Below, piece after piece: positions 53,401-64,000 of a stretch of DNA of 64,000 nt (within the stretch, counting starts at the first letter, position 1; each line of letters starts with the position of its first letter). Both the position numbers and the translations under genes were made by a program. Source of the stretch: Lytechinus pictus (Eukaryota); contig NC_087252.1 in NCBI RefSeq assembly GCF_037042905.1, positions 13,766,001 through 13,830,000 on the forward strand, written 5' to 3'. The notes beneath the pieces are model-generated. The model was not told the DNA's origin, did not search any database, and saw only the letters and a program-made list of their open reading frames with translations.

Positions 53401-56400
53401 CATTGTAACTACATGAACTGAGTCGCTGCCGTCGTAAGAGTCATGCTATCAGATCATTTATTATTACCAATATTATCATTATAACGGAATACCAAAAAAA
53501 AAATTATATTATCATATATTTTTACCAAATATTTTAGGAGTAGTGTGTAAAATCTTTTGATTTTTCAAATTGTTTTAAAGTGTTGTCCTTGAACGATGAT
53601 GATCTGGAAAACATAGTTGCAAGCATGACCTCTCCAAAGCAGATGGAAGTACTCGCATCGAAGCTGAAGATAAAACCGGAGGGACCACCACTACAAACCC
53701 TCAAAGACTGGATGGATGGGTCTAAAAAGGACAATCGTCGTCACATTTTGTGGAAAGCGCTCACTTCGAGTGAATTATCAGGTTTGTAAAACCAAAATAG
53801 AGATACAATGTTGCAAGGAAAGCCATTATTGATCATTACTCGGTATTAAGTATTTGCTATTGGAAATTAAATACTACGACAATCATAAGCGATGCACGTA
53901 ACTCAAGCGATCACCTAGTAAAAATGCTTTACACCTTGTTTATTTCCTCGCTCCCTTACTTTTTAAAGCTTGGACATGTTGGATGAAGTATGAATTAAAG
54001 TGGCTATCAGATTACAAGCACCGAGGCTGCATAATGGTGGGGGGGGGGGGCAAAAAATTCATCTCTGAAATTTTTCCAGGTCTCTAATTTTTACCTGCAT
54101 ATACAATGAACAATGAACATGGATATCAGGTGTAAGGGAAAATTAAGAAAAAGTGTTAGAGATGGTTTAAGTCAGAGCAATCATTGCAATCTTGAGTATG
54201 AATTCGTTTTTTAATGGAATTACATATAATATTTTTCATCTTAAATTGTTTGTAATTGCGGAATACTATAGTGCTATTTGTTGACTAATATTTTACAAAG
54301 TTGTATTACATTGCCATTAGGATGTATAGAATTCAACAGGGATGGATGAAATAAAATTAAAACCTCACTTTATTTCAAAAACCTTATTATTTTTCACATA
54401 TTCCAAAGACGCTTTTTGTCTCACCTGCATAGCAGAGTGAGACTATAGGCGCCGCTTTTCCGACGGCGACGGCGGCGGCGGCGGCGGCGACGGCGGCGTC
54501 AACACCAAATCTTAACCTGAGGTTAAGTTTTTGAAATGACAGCATAACTTAGAAAGTATATGGACCTAGTTCGTGAAACTTGGCCATAAGGTTAATCAAG
54601 TATTACTGAACATCCTGCTTGAGTTTCATGTCACATGACCAAGGTCAAAGGTCATTTAGGGTCAATGAACTTAGACCATGTTGGGGGAATCAACATCAAA
54701 ATCTTAACCTAAGGTTAAGTTTTTGAAATGTCATCATAACTTAGAAAATATATGGACCTAGTTCATGAAACTTATACATAAGGTTAATCAAGTATCACTG
54801 AACATCCTGCATGAGTTTCACATCACATGACCAAGGTCAAAGGTCATTTAGGGTCAATGAACTTTGGCCGAATTGGGGGTATCTGTTGAATTACCATCAT
54901 AACTTTGAAAGTTTATGGATCTGATTCATGAAACTTGGACATAATAGTAATCAAGTATTACTGAACATCCTGTGCAAGTTTCAGGTCACATGATCAAGGT
55001 CAAAGGTCATTTAGGGTCAATGAACTTTGGCAAAATTGGGGTATTTGTTGAATTACAGCCATAAATTTGAAAGTGTGTTGGTCTAGTTCATAAAACTTGG
55101 ACATAATAGTAATCAAGTATCACTGAACATCCTGTGCGAGTTTCAGGTCACATGATCAAGGTCAAAGGTCATGTAAGGTCAAAGAACTTTGGCCACGTTG
55201 GGGGTATTTGTTGAATTGCCATCATATCTCTATAAGTGTATTGGTCTAGTTCATAAAACGTGGAAATAAGAGTAACCAAGTATCAATGAACATCTTGTGC
55301 GAGTTATAGTAGTTTTCAAAATCAGCACTGCTGCTATATTGAATCGCGTGATGCAGGTGAGACGGCCAGAGGCATTCCACTTGTCATGAAATGCCTTTTC
55401 TTTTTCTAGGATGTATCGTTCAACAACTTCCTTCAGAACACGTTTACAAACCTGAGATATTACGGTTAGCTTGGAGCATGTTTTTTATTGACGTCCTGCC
55501 ATTAGCGAACTTACTCGAAATGAATTTCAACAGTAAGAATTCCAAATTGAAAGGAACTCTTACTTTGTTGCGGAAACTGTTTGAGAAATCGAAGACGTTA
55601 GACTCAGTTTGTCGTCGTGATTTCTCTGTTGCCATCAGAAACCTAGGCTATCTGGATGTTGCACGATCTGCATATATTGGTAAGAAATGTGGACAGAGAT
55701 TACACCTTCATGTAAATCAATTTAAATATTATAACACTGTTAAGCAAACTATCGAGGGGCATGACTTAAGTTAATGAAAAATGTGACATTTTCGGCCAAG
55801 GTTATGATTGATGGAGAATTTTTTAAAACCTTGGTTCTGGGTGGCAGAGTATCCTTAAAGAATTATGATGATATGTTTTAGGTTATTTTTTTACGGGAAA
55901 GTGCTTTAAAAATGGTAGGATTTTAGTTCAGTGGTCAGAAAAGTGTGCCCCTCCTAATGTGGATTACCAGGTAGGCCTACGTCACTGATATTGAAGTAGT
56001 CCAGATGGTATAGCTTTTATAATTTTTTTCCTTTCGCTCCACCACTGAACTATTTTTCTCCACTTTGCACTTACCCACAGATGGGTAATTTTCGAAATTA
56101 CACTTGATCGAAAAGCGATCCCGTGAACAATTGGCAAAGGTTCCTGAAATTTGTTGCTTACGTTTGTCACCTAAAATACCTAATTTCCTCCCATTTTGTA
56201 TTCGCGTTCTTGCAAAACCTTTGTAAGCCCCTTGAATACGGCCCCTAAGGCATCCCTCATCATCTTGTTTAAGGTTTCAATTTTTTATTTTTATTTAAAG
56301 TCTGATGTATATGTTTATACATAGGTTATGACGCAAGCCTTAGCGAACTGTGCAACATGGTATCAGGGCTGTCGAAAGACGAAATTTTGAAGTTGATGGA

Positions 56401-57976
56401 CAATCTGGAATTGGAGAAAGATATTCTGTCAGTCTGTAAAGGAACAACAGGAGAATACGACATTGTCAGACCCATGGAGATCTGGAAAAGACAACATAGT
56501 TTAGAACCATTCCACTACAGATTAAAGTTAGCATTTGGTCTACGTGCTGCTGGAAAAACCGAGATTGCCAGAAAGATTATTGCAGGTATGCATTATACTA
56601 CTATACACTATTATAAAAAAAAACTTTTCATTGATTTGCTACATTGAAGAATTGCTTCTATCATTTATTCAATTCAATTCAATTCAATTCAAGGTTTATT
56701 AAAAACATGAGTCGCAGCCAAATGGCTGAATTGGTCATGTATACAAAGTAAAAACAATTAAAAGACTCATTACATATTTCAAACATTAAAAAGCAGTACA
56801 CCTTTGTAAAAACTGACATGAGAAATATGTGTATAGGCAAGAATACTTAGGAAATGAACATTTACATACATGTACATAAGATAATGAGGAAAAGTTAAAT
56901 TAAGAATAATAAAAACAAAAAAAACAAGTAAGCTATAAAAGATCAATAAAAATATATATATATTAAATAAGAGTTGATTTCCTCATTCATGAAAAAACTT
57001 GATATTGCAGTAGGCTGGTATCACCATTTATGTTATGTTATATGTTATGTTATATGTTTTAAAAGCGATCGATTGGGCAAAAGTAATTTGTTTTTTAGTT
57101 CCACTTTAAGAACTGTTTTAAATCCAAGGGTCTTGCTATATATTGATAAAAAAATTATCAGTGTCTTAGAAAATAAAGAAAATCACCAGAATGTGACCAA
57201 TTTCACCCTCAGCACCCTGCATACACACTCTTTGCGGCCACCATTCAAGTAGGCATATTCCTTTTCTACCTCATAATGCCATTCTATTTTTCATATATTA
57301 ATGTCATACTAAACATGCTAAAAGATAACGTCCATATTATAGAACCTATATCACTAAGTGTGGACTACTTACATTCATTTCATTTCATCCATACAAAAGG
57401 TTAAGCAGAGTGTCACATTGATGGCATGTGTCTTGATATTTATACTCATTTTCCTGTGTATTTCGTTTTGTGTGGATAGGTAGCTATGGCATGGTGGCAG
57501 TCAATCCTGATGTCTTGAAAAGCATATGCAACGGAATGGGCCATGGTCACCTGGAAAGGCTTGTGGACCACCTTGGATTAAACGTCAAAGGAGATAACAC
57601 TGTCGATACGTTAGCCCTTGTTATCCAGTGGGCAACAGGGTGGTTCAGCAAAATTGACAATTCGTCATTTTTCGAATCCCTCAAGGACAAGTTTTTAAAT
57701 GAGGTGAAATCTCGTAAAGAATACATTGATAATCTCTACAAGGCAGGATTTGTCGGAATTGCTGAAGAACTAATGCTCCTTGAGGTCTCTAGATTGTGTC
57801 CCATCAAGCAAGTTGTAGACGAACCTTGTGAAATTGAAAATCAAGAAACATCTGAACAAAATGAATCTGAGAACAATCCGCCAATCGAGGAATGTTACGA
57901 GGCAACTGTTTTTTCCCCAAGTACGGATGGTCAAGACCAACCATGCAACAATGAGAATGGAGATACGCAACTGTAG
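32418..57976 (+). CDS. Multi-exon gene (copy B): type I membrane receptor, SP-IgV-IgC1-like-stalk-TM followed by ~8 tandem death-domain-like modules. Exons: 32418-32487, 44126-44479, 45315-45728, 46510-46596, 48450-48500, 49167-49409, 49890-50149 (frameshifted), 50452-50730, 51026-51103, 52536-52763, 53581-53781, 55410-55679, 56325-56585, 57480-57976
   Basis: Manual splicing: every intron is GT..AG and phase 1, and all internal exons except 49890-50149 have lengths divisible by 3. The joined translation gives a coherent domain order. No transcript evidence is available, and small extra exons could have been missed. Confidence 0.75.
34759..36517. mobile_element. Nested foldback element with ~455 bp inverted arms
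   Basis: 34759-35210 is the reverse complement of 36058-36517 (mirror ORFs at 34720-34920 and 36362-36757). Confidence 0.85.
37270..38640. repeat. Purine-rich (G/A) low-complexity tracts
   Basis: Long runs almost devoid of pyrimidines, e.g. 38380-38640. Confidence 0.8.
42958..43140 (+). mobile_element. tRNA-derived SINE
   Basis: A box tggccgagtgg, B box ggttcgatccc, and a non-tRNA body shared with 12790-12969. Confidence 0.8.
43724..44008 (+). mobile_element. tRNA-derived SINE with (TTA)n tail
   Basis: tRNA-like head (ggttcaaatccc), core gcactcaacccaggtgag..aatgggtacc and a tattatta tail. Inverted core fragments lie at ~22735-22780 and ~60275-60310. Confidence 0.8.
44126..44479 (+). CDS. 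Ig V-set domain exon
   Basis: VVLTC (B-strand Cys), VYWKK (C-strand Trp), SLVIKEV..EEGRYICRV (F-strand motif). Acceptor aatag, donor T|GTAAGT. Confidence 0.9.
45315..45728 (+). CDS. Second Ig domain (C1/C2-like) plus Thr-rich stalk exon
   Basis: VTITCTASNYFP..NVDGT..YVCVAS followed by STVAMTTTQTNQTTPP. Acceptor ttttgtag, donor G|GTAAG. Confidence 0.85.
46510..46596 (+). CDS. Transmembrane exon VVPIILITLVAVLVCVFIWWYRKRRTSKY
   Basis: About 21 hydrophobic residues followed by an RKRR stop-transfer. 87 nt, AG/GTATGT boundaries, phase 1. Not in the ORF track because it is short. Confidence 0.85.
47388..47874. mobile_element. Kolobok-like MITE with TTAA target duplication
   Basis: TTAA|AGGGGAATCCA...TGGATTCCCCT|TTAA, with subterminal inverted matches. 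Confidence 0.8.
48450..48500 (+). CDS. Juxtamembrane mini-exon GTGDSESAPLRPMQDIK
   Basis: tttcag acceptor, AAG|GTAAGT donor, 51 nt, open in phase 1. Confidence 0.7.
49167..49409 (+). CDS. Cytoplasmic death-domain-like module 1
   Basis: 243 nt exon (caacag / G|GTGAGT). AYNFLCQWK..ATMLKNALIGHGF resembles death-domain helices 4-6. Confidence 0.7.
49890..50149 (+). pseudogene. Death-domain-like module 2 exon with frameshift and in-frame TAG at 50099-50101
   Basis: tttcag acceptor and AAG|GTGAGT donor but 260 nt long. It reads ..ATNFLRQWCDKEHEV*, while the shifted frame continues LALERANFKPLDRSFFE up to the donor. Confidence 0.7.
50452..50730 (+). CDS. Death-domain module 3 (copy B)
   Basis: VRRLATSVKIKDENQITTTIDEN..VEQMINDW..KLDDAIIEIGRHDL matches the death-domain pattern. 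Paralogous to 14632-14910. Confidence 0.8.
51026..51103 (+). CDS. Linker exon with tyrosines (DSFGTTSYRAQSGDDHETEHSYAKYF)
   Basis: 78 nt, ctaccag / G|GTGAGT, conserved with 15238-15315. Confidence 0.75.
52294..52500 (+). mobile_element. tRNA-derived SINE (present only in the copy B intron)
   Basis: tggctcggtggtagagcg..ggttcgatcct followed by gagtcataccaaagac..aaaatgg body. Confidence 0.75.
52536..52763 (+). CDS. Death-domain-like module 4 (copy B)
   Basis: 228 nt exon, FLEKLGI..LRCWR..LIETLQE. Paralogous to 15466-15693. Confidence 0.75.
53581..53781 (+). CDS. Death-domain-like module 5 (copy B)
   Basis: 201 nt exon, LSLNDDDLENI..LASKLKI..LKDW..LWKAL. Paralogous to 16250-16450. Confidence 0.75.
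54415..55384 (+). mobile_element. DINE-1/HINE-like (Helentron-associated) non-autonomous element with internal tandem array
   Basis: 5' gtctcacctgcat and 3' atgcaggtgagac subterminal IRs, 5' hairpin, (GGC)n tract, about five ~160-190 bp repeats. Inserted in a T-run with no TSD relative to the copy A empty site at ~17240. Confidence 0.75.
55410..55679 (+). CDS. Death-domain-like module 6 (copy B)
   Basis: 270 nt exon, LPLANLLEM..AIRNLGYLDVARS. Paralogous to 17278-17547. Confidence 0.75.
56325..56585 (+). CDS. Death-domain-like module 7 (copy B)
   Basis: 261 nt exon, MEIWK..LKLAFGLRAAGKTEIARKI. Paralogous to 19238-19498. Confidence 0.78.
57480..57976 (+). CDS. Terminal exon: death-domain-like module 8 plus acidic tail (copy B)
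   Basis: LERLVDHLGL..LVIQWA..LYKAGFVGIAEEL, then an E/N/S-rich tail and TAG. The acceptor at 57478-57479 is inferred. Confidence 0.72.
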
Positions 57977-59267
57977 GGATATGCCTGACCTGTTGGAGAG
58001 CTTCTTAAAGTTGTTTTCCGGAGTGAAAATACATTTTGGAAAGATACTTCTTTTTAAAATATTAATCTAATTGTAGTAACAAAGACTCCGCTGAGATGGT
58101 TATTAATGAGAAAGGGTTGGGAAAAGGTTGTCATAGCTACCGAAGGAGAATATGGTAATTGTAAATAGAACTATAAAGGTATCTACTATACAAGGATTTT
58201 CCCCCGTTTTCAAAGTCAGTTTTAATAAGAATTCATTTTTTCTAACATCTTTCTTTTTGTGACGCACTGTAACTCGATTGATGGAATAATAGTTGAGTAG
58301 TGTGCATATAATTATATAGATAGAGCCTTCAAACAGTTAGTTATATTCATAAAATTGTTTGATGAAGGCCCAGTGGTCAGAAATTGTGTGTACAATGTCA
58401 GTACAACTATTGAATTCGTCATAACTAGGTGCGGTATTCTGGAAAAATCTTATTTTTTTGCCATTAAATTTTTAACTGTCTTCGAAATGTGACACTGCTA
58501 TGATTGTCACAAATCGGTATTCTGAACAATGTTTTTTCTTTGTCATATCTCTGAGAAAGATAGAATATCGAGACAAGACAATGTTCAGAATATCGACATC
58601 ACTAAGTTGTCATGTCTAAAGAATCATGGGAGTTATGATAACAAGACATTTTATGTAATTTTTGATGCCCTGTGTTCTTCGTGTTGTATATGAATTCACA
58701 ATTTTATATTAGATATTCATTTTCTGCATATATTAGAGTCTTTCTTGACTTTTTCAATATGACTTATTAATACATTCGCGTTAATTGACTTTCCATTATG
58801 TCCTTTTCTAGTAGTAGTTCATGTTTTGAAATTTCACGAACTGCAATAATTTGCCCCTGTACTCTCAGCTGCGAAAAATATGGAAATAGGTTGTTTAAAT
58901 ATATATATATATAATCATTTTACTTTTATTAAAGTGTTTAATCATGACTTATTGAAAAAATAGATATGTATATATATATATGCTTTAACGATAAAAGTCA
59001 AGGGTTAAGTGCTTGAAATCGGAAATGATTAGTTCTGGTTAAATAGTTAACAAGAGATCCAGGCTGAGGGATAACATTACTACAGTGTTTATTCCAGGAT
59101 ATATTGAAATAGGATTAATTCCTAATCCACCTGCCCTTTTAGGTCAGAGCCCACCGCTTTGATATCACCTTTTGCTATTTTTTTATGTAGTACAAAATAT
59201 TACAGCACCTTAAAATTCACCGTTTGCTTGCACAAAATGGTAATACTATCAGAAGTTAATTGTTGTT

Positions 59268-60052
59268 TTGGTCTCGCCTGCATAGCAAAGCGAGACTCAA
59301 TAGGCGCCGCTTTTCCGACGGCGGCGGCGTCAACATAAAATCTTACCGAAGGTTAAGTTTTTTAAATGACATCATAACTTAACAAGTATGTAGACCTAGT
59401 ACATGAAACTTGGACATAAGGTTAATCAAGTATTACTGAGGATTCTGCCTGAGTTTTAGATTAAGGTTACAAGTCATTTAGGGTCAATGAACTTAGACCA
59501 TGTTGGGGGAATAAACATTAAAATTTTAACCTAAGGTTATTTTTTTGAAATTTCATTATAACTTAAAAAGTTTATAGCTCTAGTTCATAAAACTTGATCA
59601 TAGGAGTAATCAAGTATCACCAAACACCATCTGTGGGTATCAAATGTCATTTAAGGTTAATAATTTTTGACCATGTTGGGGGTGTTTGTCGAATCACCAT
59701 TATAACTCTGAACGTTTATGAACCTAGACATAATCAGGTATCTCTGAACATCCTGTGCGAGGTTCAGGTCACATGACAAATTTCAAAGGTCATTTAACGT
59801 CAATGAGCTTTGGCCATGTTGGGGGTAATTGTTGAATTGCCATCATAGCTTTGAAAGTCTATAGTTTATGAAATATGGACATGGGTGTAATCAAGTATCA
59901 CATGGTCAAGGACTCGATGAACATAGTATTATATTACTATATGAGTGGTGTTTTTTGTGAACACTTAGCTCTTTTAAGCTCTTATGAACGTCAGCACAGC
60001 TGCTATATTGAATTGCGTAATGCAGGCGAGACTGCCAGAGGTGCTCCACTTA
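59268..60052 (+). mobile_element. Older DINE/HINE-like copy
   Basis: gtctcgcctgcatagc..tgcaggcgagactgccagaggtgctccactt with decayed internal repeats. Confidence 0.7.
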
Positions 60053-60659
60053 TTCTTTTATTTTGTGCATTGTAATTCGCTTTTAAATCATTTCCATGAA
60101 GAGTGCTATGAACCTGTATATCAAATATTTCTTATTATTCAAAGTTGAATTGATAGAGCGCCTTTTCCAAATGATACAATGTGCGACTTTATCATTCCGG
60201 TCTCAGCCCGAGCTGCCGCGTACATGTCTGGCGTTCATTGTATTCAAGGCATTTGTTCCTGCAAAGTAGGACCTACCCATTCAACTCACCTGGGTCGAGT
60301 GTATCACAATATTCATAAAGGAGCTGAAAAGAGTAATGGTAGCGGCGTGATGTTACCATGTTTCGTTGTGTCTTGCCTGTTTGCTGTTGTTGCCTTTGGG
60401 AGGAAGGTAGTGTGGTCTGTCGTTTTACTTATTTTAGTGAATAATTGTCATTATCATGTTTATTATTAGTCATTGTTATGTATCATTGTTATCATCATCA
60501 TTGTCATTGTTGCTCTAATGTGAAAGAAAGAGGTTGTGGGACGTAGCAAGTAGGTTCACACTTAACTTCTAATAACCAAGCTTTCAACCCTTTTTTTTTT
60601 TTGGGGGGGGGGGTCTTCAGCAAGGCTCTTAAGACAGAAATATAAAAACAATAATAGGC

Positions 60660-61890
60660 AACAGGGTCGTTCAGCAAGTTTGGCATATTTCACTTCTCGA
60701 ATCTATCAAGGGTACGTTCTCAAACGAGGAGAAATCTTGTAAATAAGAAACCGACAACCCTTACAAGGCAGGATTTGGCAGACTTGCTGAAGAACTAATG
60801 CTTCTTGGGGTCCCGAGATTATTATCCGATGATTTCGCAGAAATCAAGAGACATCTGAACAAGTTGAATAGTATAGTAAAGTATTTATTTTCAGTATAAA
60901 AAATGCAAAACGGATGGATAGATCATATTTAGTTTAGTCGACATGACAATACTGTTCTTCCACGGGGTCCACAATCTGAGAACAATCCACCAAGCGAAGC
61001 ATGTACCGAGGATTCGAGTTCGGGTGTTCAAGGCACATTATACAACATTGAGAATGAAGATACGCAAATTTAGGGGTATCGCTGAACTCTTGGAGAGCTC
61101 CGTAAGTTGGAAACTCTTTTTTTTCAAATCTTAATATTTGCTGTGACAAAGATGCAGCTGAGATAGTTATCTATCCTATGGGAAGGGGTTATTAAAGCTG
61201 TCGAAGTAGAATGGATTACATGTGAATAAAACCACTGAGTTAGCTGTTATATCTCGGCTGTGAAAATGATGGTGAATTAGTTCAGATAAAACAAGGATTT
61301 TCCCTTTTTTTCAAAGTAAATTTTTATCAGGATTCATTTTTTTTAACATTTTGGTTTTCTGTGACGCACTGTAAGTCGACTGACAGAATAACAGTTGAGT
61401 AGGGTGCAAGATTGATCGAGCCTTCACGCAGTTTAATATTTATAAAATTGTATTTTGATAAGGCCTTTTTGTCTGAAATTATGCCTTCCATGTCAGTAAA
61501 ACCATTGAATTCTATATATCAAGGGGTGGTATTCTGGACAACTCATAATTTTTGTCATTAATTTTTGTTAACTGTCTTCGAGATGTGACAATATGATGTT
61601 ACAAATCAGTATTCGGAACATTGTTCTTTCTCGATATTTCAGTTTTCTCAGAGATATAACAAAGAAAAAAAATGTTCAGAATACCGCCCTTGAATATCCA
61701 TGTACGTTTAAAAGTCTTACTTTGACTTTTTTTTTTATTTGACTATTTATGCATTCGCATTTGTTGTCTATCAATTATATTCATTTCTATTACTAATTCA
61801 TGTTTCGAACATAACAAAATGCAATATTTGCCCCAGTACTTTCAGCTGCGAAAAATTTGGAAATAGGTTGTTGGCCGTTTTCTAAAATAT
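60660..61890 (+). pseudogene. Decayed duplicate of terminal exon and 3' flank (copy B)
   Basis: caaggcaggatttggcagacttgctgaagaactaatgct and downstream flank match the terminal exon region; interrupted by deletions and an insertion. Confidence 0.8.
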
Positions 61891-61903
61891 GTCAACTTGA
61901 TAT

Positions 61904-62540
61904 TATGATGGGGTGACCATAATTTGCGCACATTTTAAAAATTATCATGAAGTTGACTATCAATAAAAGATTAATCAAAATCGTAAATACCAGACGAAAG
62001 GCAAGATCCCGAAGTCAATTTCGCTTGACGGAATTATAAAGTAGGTAAAAGGTTTCGCTGGTATCGCGATCTCAAAATTCCATGGCGATCGACTAGCGCG
62101 CGCGCTTGGCTGAAAAAGTGTCATAAAAAAGTGTGACCTTAATTTTCGCACGATCGTTGTGCAGAGCCTCAGAAACCAAATCAAGCAAACACAGGTATGA
62201 TAATTGTATCAGATGGAGGTTAAAATGCCATAAATTTGGTTAGTATCACAATTTACTTACTCATTTGGAGACATCTGAGTGCAAACTGGCAATTTCTTGG
62301 TGCTTGTTGAGAAGATCGGATTTTCTCGAAGCGGACGCAAAAGGTAACAAAATTTGCCGATGTTTTGCCATTATTTTCACAGACTGAGACCTCATACCCT
62401 CAAGAAAATTACTATACTGATTAATTTTGGGTCGCTTTTTCTGTTGGTGATATCAGTTTTTTCAAGGTATTGATTAGATATAGAAATATTCGTCCGTGCG
62501 CAAATTTAGGTAACGCGCGAATTAAGGTCACACCACCATA
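61904..62540. mobile_element. TIR MITE
   Basis: tatgatggggtgaccataatttgcgc / gcgcgaattaaggtcacaccaccata. Confidence 0.6.
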
Positions 62541-62846
62541 CTTTCATGAAAAAAAAATAATCGTGACTTATGATTGTAATTATTATTGCTCTAATGTGAA
62601 AGAAAAAGGTGGTGGGAGGTAGCAAGTAGGTTCAGTCTCCGTCTAATAATAGCCAAGCTTCCCACCTTTTAGCTGGTCGAACAGCAAGGCTCAAGGCTCA
62701 ATCAATAATAGGCAATATTATCGAAAATAATGAAAGCATGCCACAAAACAATCAAAACAAACCTGCATCAAAAGCAAACTAAATGAATTCAGTACGGTAA
62801 CATAAATACACACACAAATAAAAGGAATTCTGTTATTTAAGCTAGT

Positions 62847-63110
62847 ACCGGTGTGTTAGCTCAGATGGTAGAGCGTCCGCCCCACAAAAGGGAAGTCGGG
62901 AGTTCAAACTCCGGCCGCGTCAGACAAAAAAAATCGTTAAAAGATGGGGTTTCTGCTGCACTGTTTGGCATCCATCGATTTAAAGGAAAGAGCAACGTCT
63001 ATCAGGCGCTGCTCAGTAGCTGCTCATGGCCCATGATCGATCGGGCAAAAATGAATTTGGGATTATTTTTATTTCGGATGTCGATCAATAAAATACGTGT
63101 TTTATTTAAT
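62847..63110 (+). mobile_element. tRNA-derived SINE
   Basis: tagctcagatggtagagcg..gagttcaaactcc head followed by a non-tRNA body. Confidence 0.7.
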
Positions 63111-64000
63111 CAAAATGATGTAGAACGGAAAGTAAAATCGTGTTTATAGGCGGACATTAAAGTGTGTACCATTGAAGAGTGGAGGGACCGGGGGTGTTCA
63201 GTATCTTACAAACAGAGCAAAGTTCCCTATTTTAAAGGTGGCTCCAGTGTAGCTTTTGATTGCCTTTTTTAAAAATCTTCGAGTAAAACTTTTTTTCTGA
63301 TCATAGTGTAGAATTATAAATGAAATAGCCTATATGGAATTGCTATATGGAATTATGACTGAACAAATGAAGAAAAATGTGACCAAACACTGAAAATTTG
63401 ATCAAAATCGGACAAGAAAATACGGTTCCATCCACGTAGGCTATTCATGAATATTCACGAGCAAATTGTTGATGTCACATCCCATCTTGTTTTTTTTAAT
63501 GTTATTATTTTGTCCTCCAAGAATAAAAAAAAGCTTGGCGACTTATTTCATAAGGGAGGCATGATATCATACACACATGTATGAAAGTATGTATGAAAAT
63601 ATGAAATAACTATGATTTCATGTTATACAAGAAAAGGGAAGGTGGGGATTTGACATTATTAGCCCACCTAATAAGTATTTATGACGATGTGCATACATGT
63701 ATAAGTATTTTCACAAAATATTTTTTAAGTTTCAAGTTCAATGTCCCCGTTATTTCTTATTTGAATTTTGCTTTCTGAATTTCACTCCATTTATTGAGAT
63801 ATAATTCTTTTCAGCCGGAGTACACCCTTGAACAGAAGAGGTGTGTTGAATGGTAGTCTTTTGTTCAAGTGTTAAATGATTGTAGACATATGTGACAAAT
63901 CGATAATTTTTCTTGCGAAATTTCTCTTTGTACACAACGTTTGAGGTGTGTCATTAGAAAGCCTTTTTTATAATAATACCTAGTTACTATAATGATTATT

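Larger units (their letters stand above)
50452..61520 (+). repeat. Direct segmental duplication of ~14632-23910
   Basis: Collinear exons, introns, 3' flank, HINE-like element, SINE fragment and terminal-exon relic, differing by substitutions and copy-specific insertions. Confidence 0.9.

Overview
AT-rich, repeat-dense eukaryotic DNA from an invertebrate animal; an echinoid-like source is my inference from the repeat landscape and gene style and is not proven. Most short ORFs in the track are spurious. The main content is a spliced + strand gene reconstructed from GT-AG junctions at 32418..57976 (14 coding exons, all introns phase 1). It encodes signal peptide - IgV - C1-like Ig - Thr-rich stalk - TM - a cytoplasmic array of about 8 death-domain-like modules (one per exon) - acidic tail. 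One module exon carries a frameshift and stop. A diverged tandem paralog of the 3' seven exons lies at 14632..20490, within a direct segmental duplication (~14.6-23.9 kb vs ~50.5-61.5 kb). The rest is transposon-derived: nested TIR elements at 1-6.9 kb, a ~2.13 kb near-identical tandem triplication carrying a cloverleaf tRNA-like gene with a TCA anticodon, an 8.3 kb non-coding element with ~1.15 kb TIRs and an 8 bp TSD in intron 1, DINE/HINE-like elements, tRNA-derived SINEs, a decayed CR1-type LINE and many MITEs.
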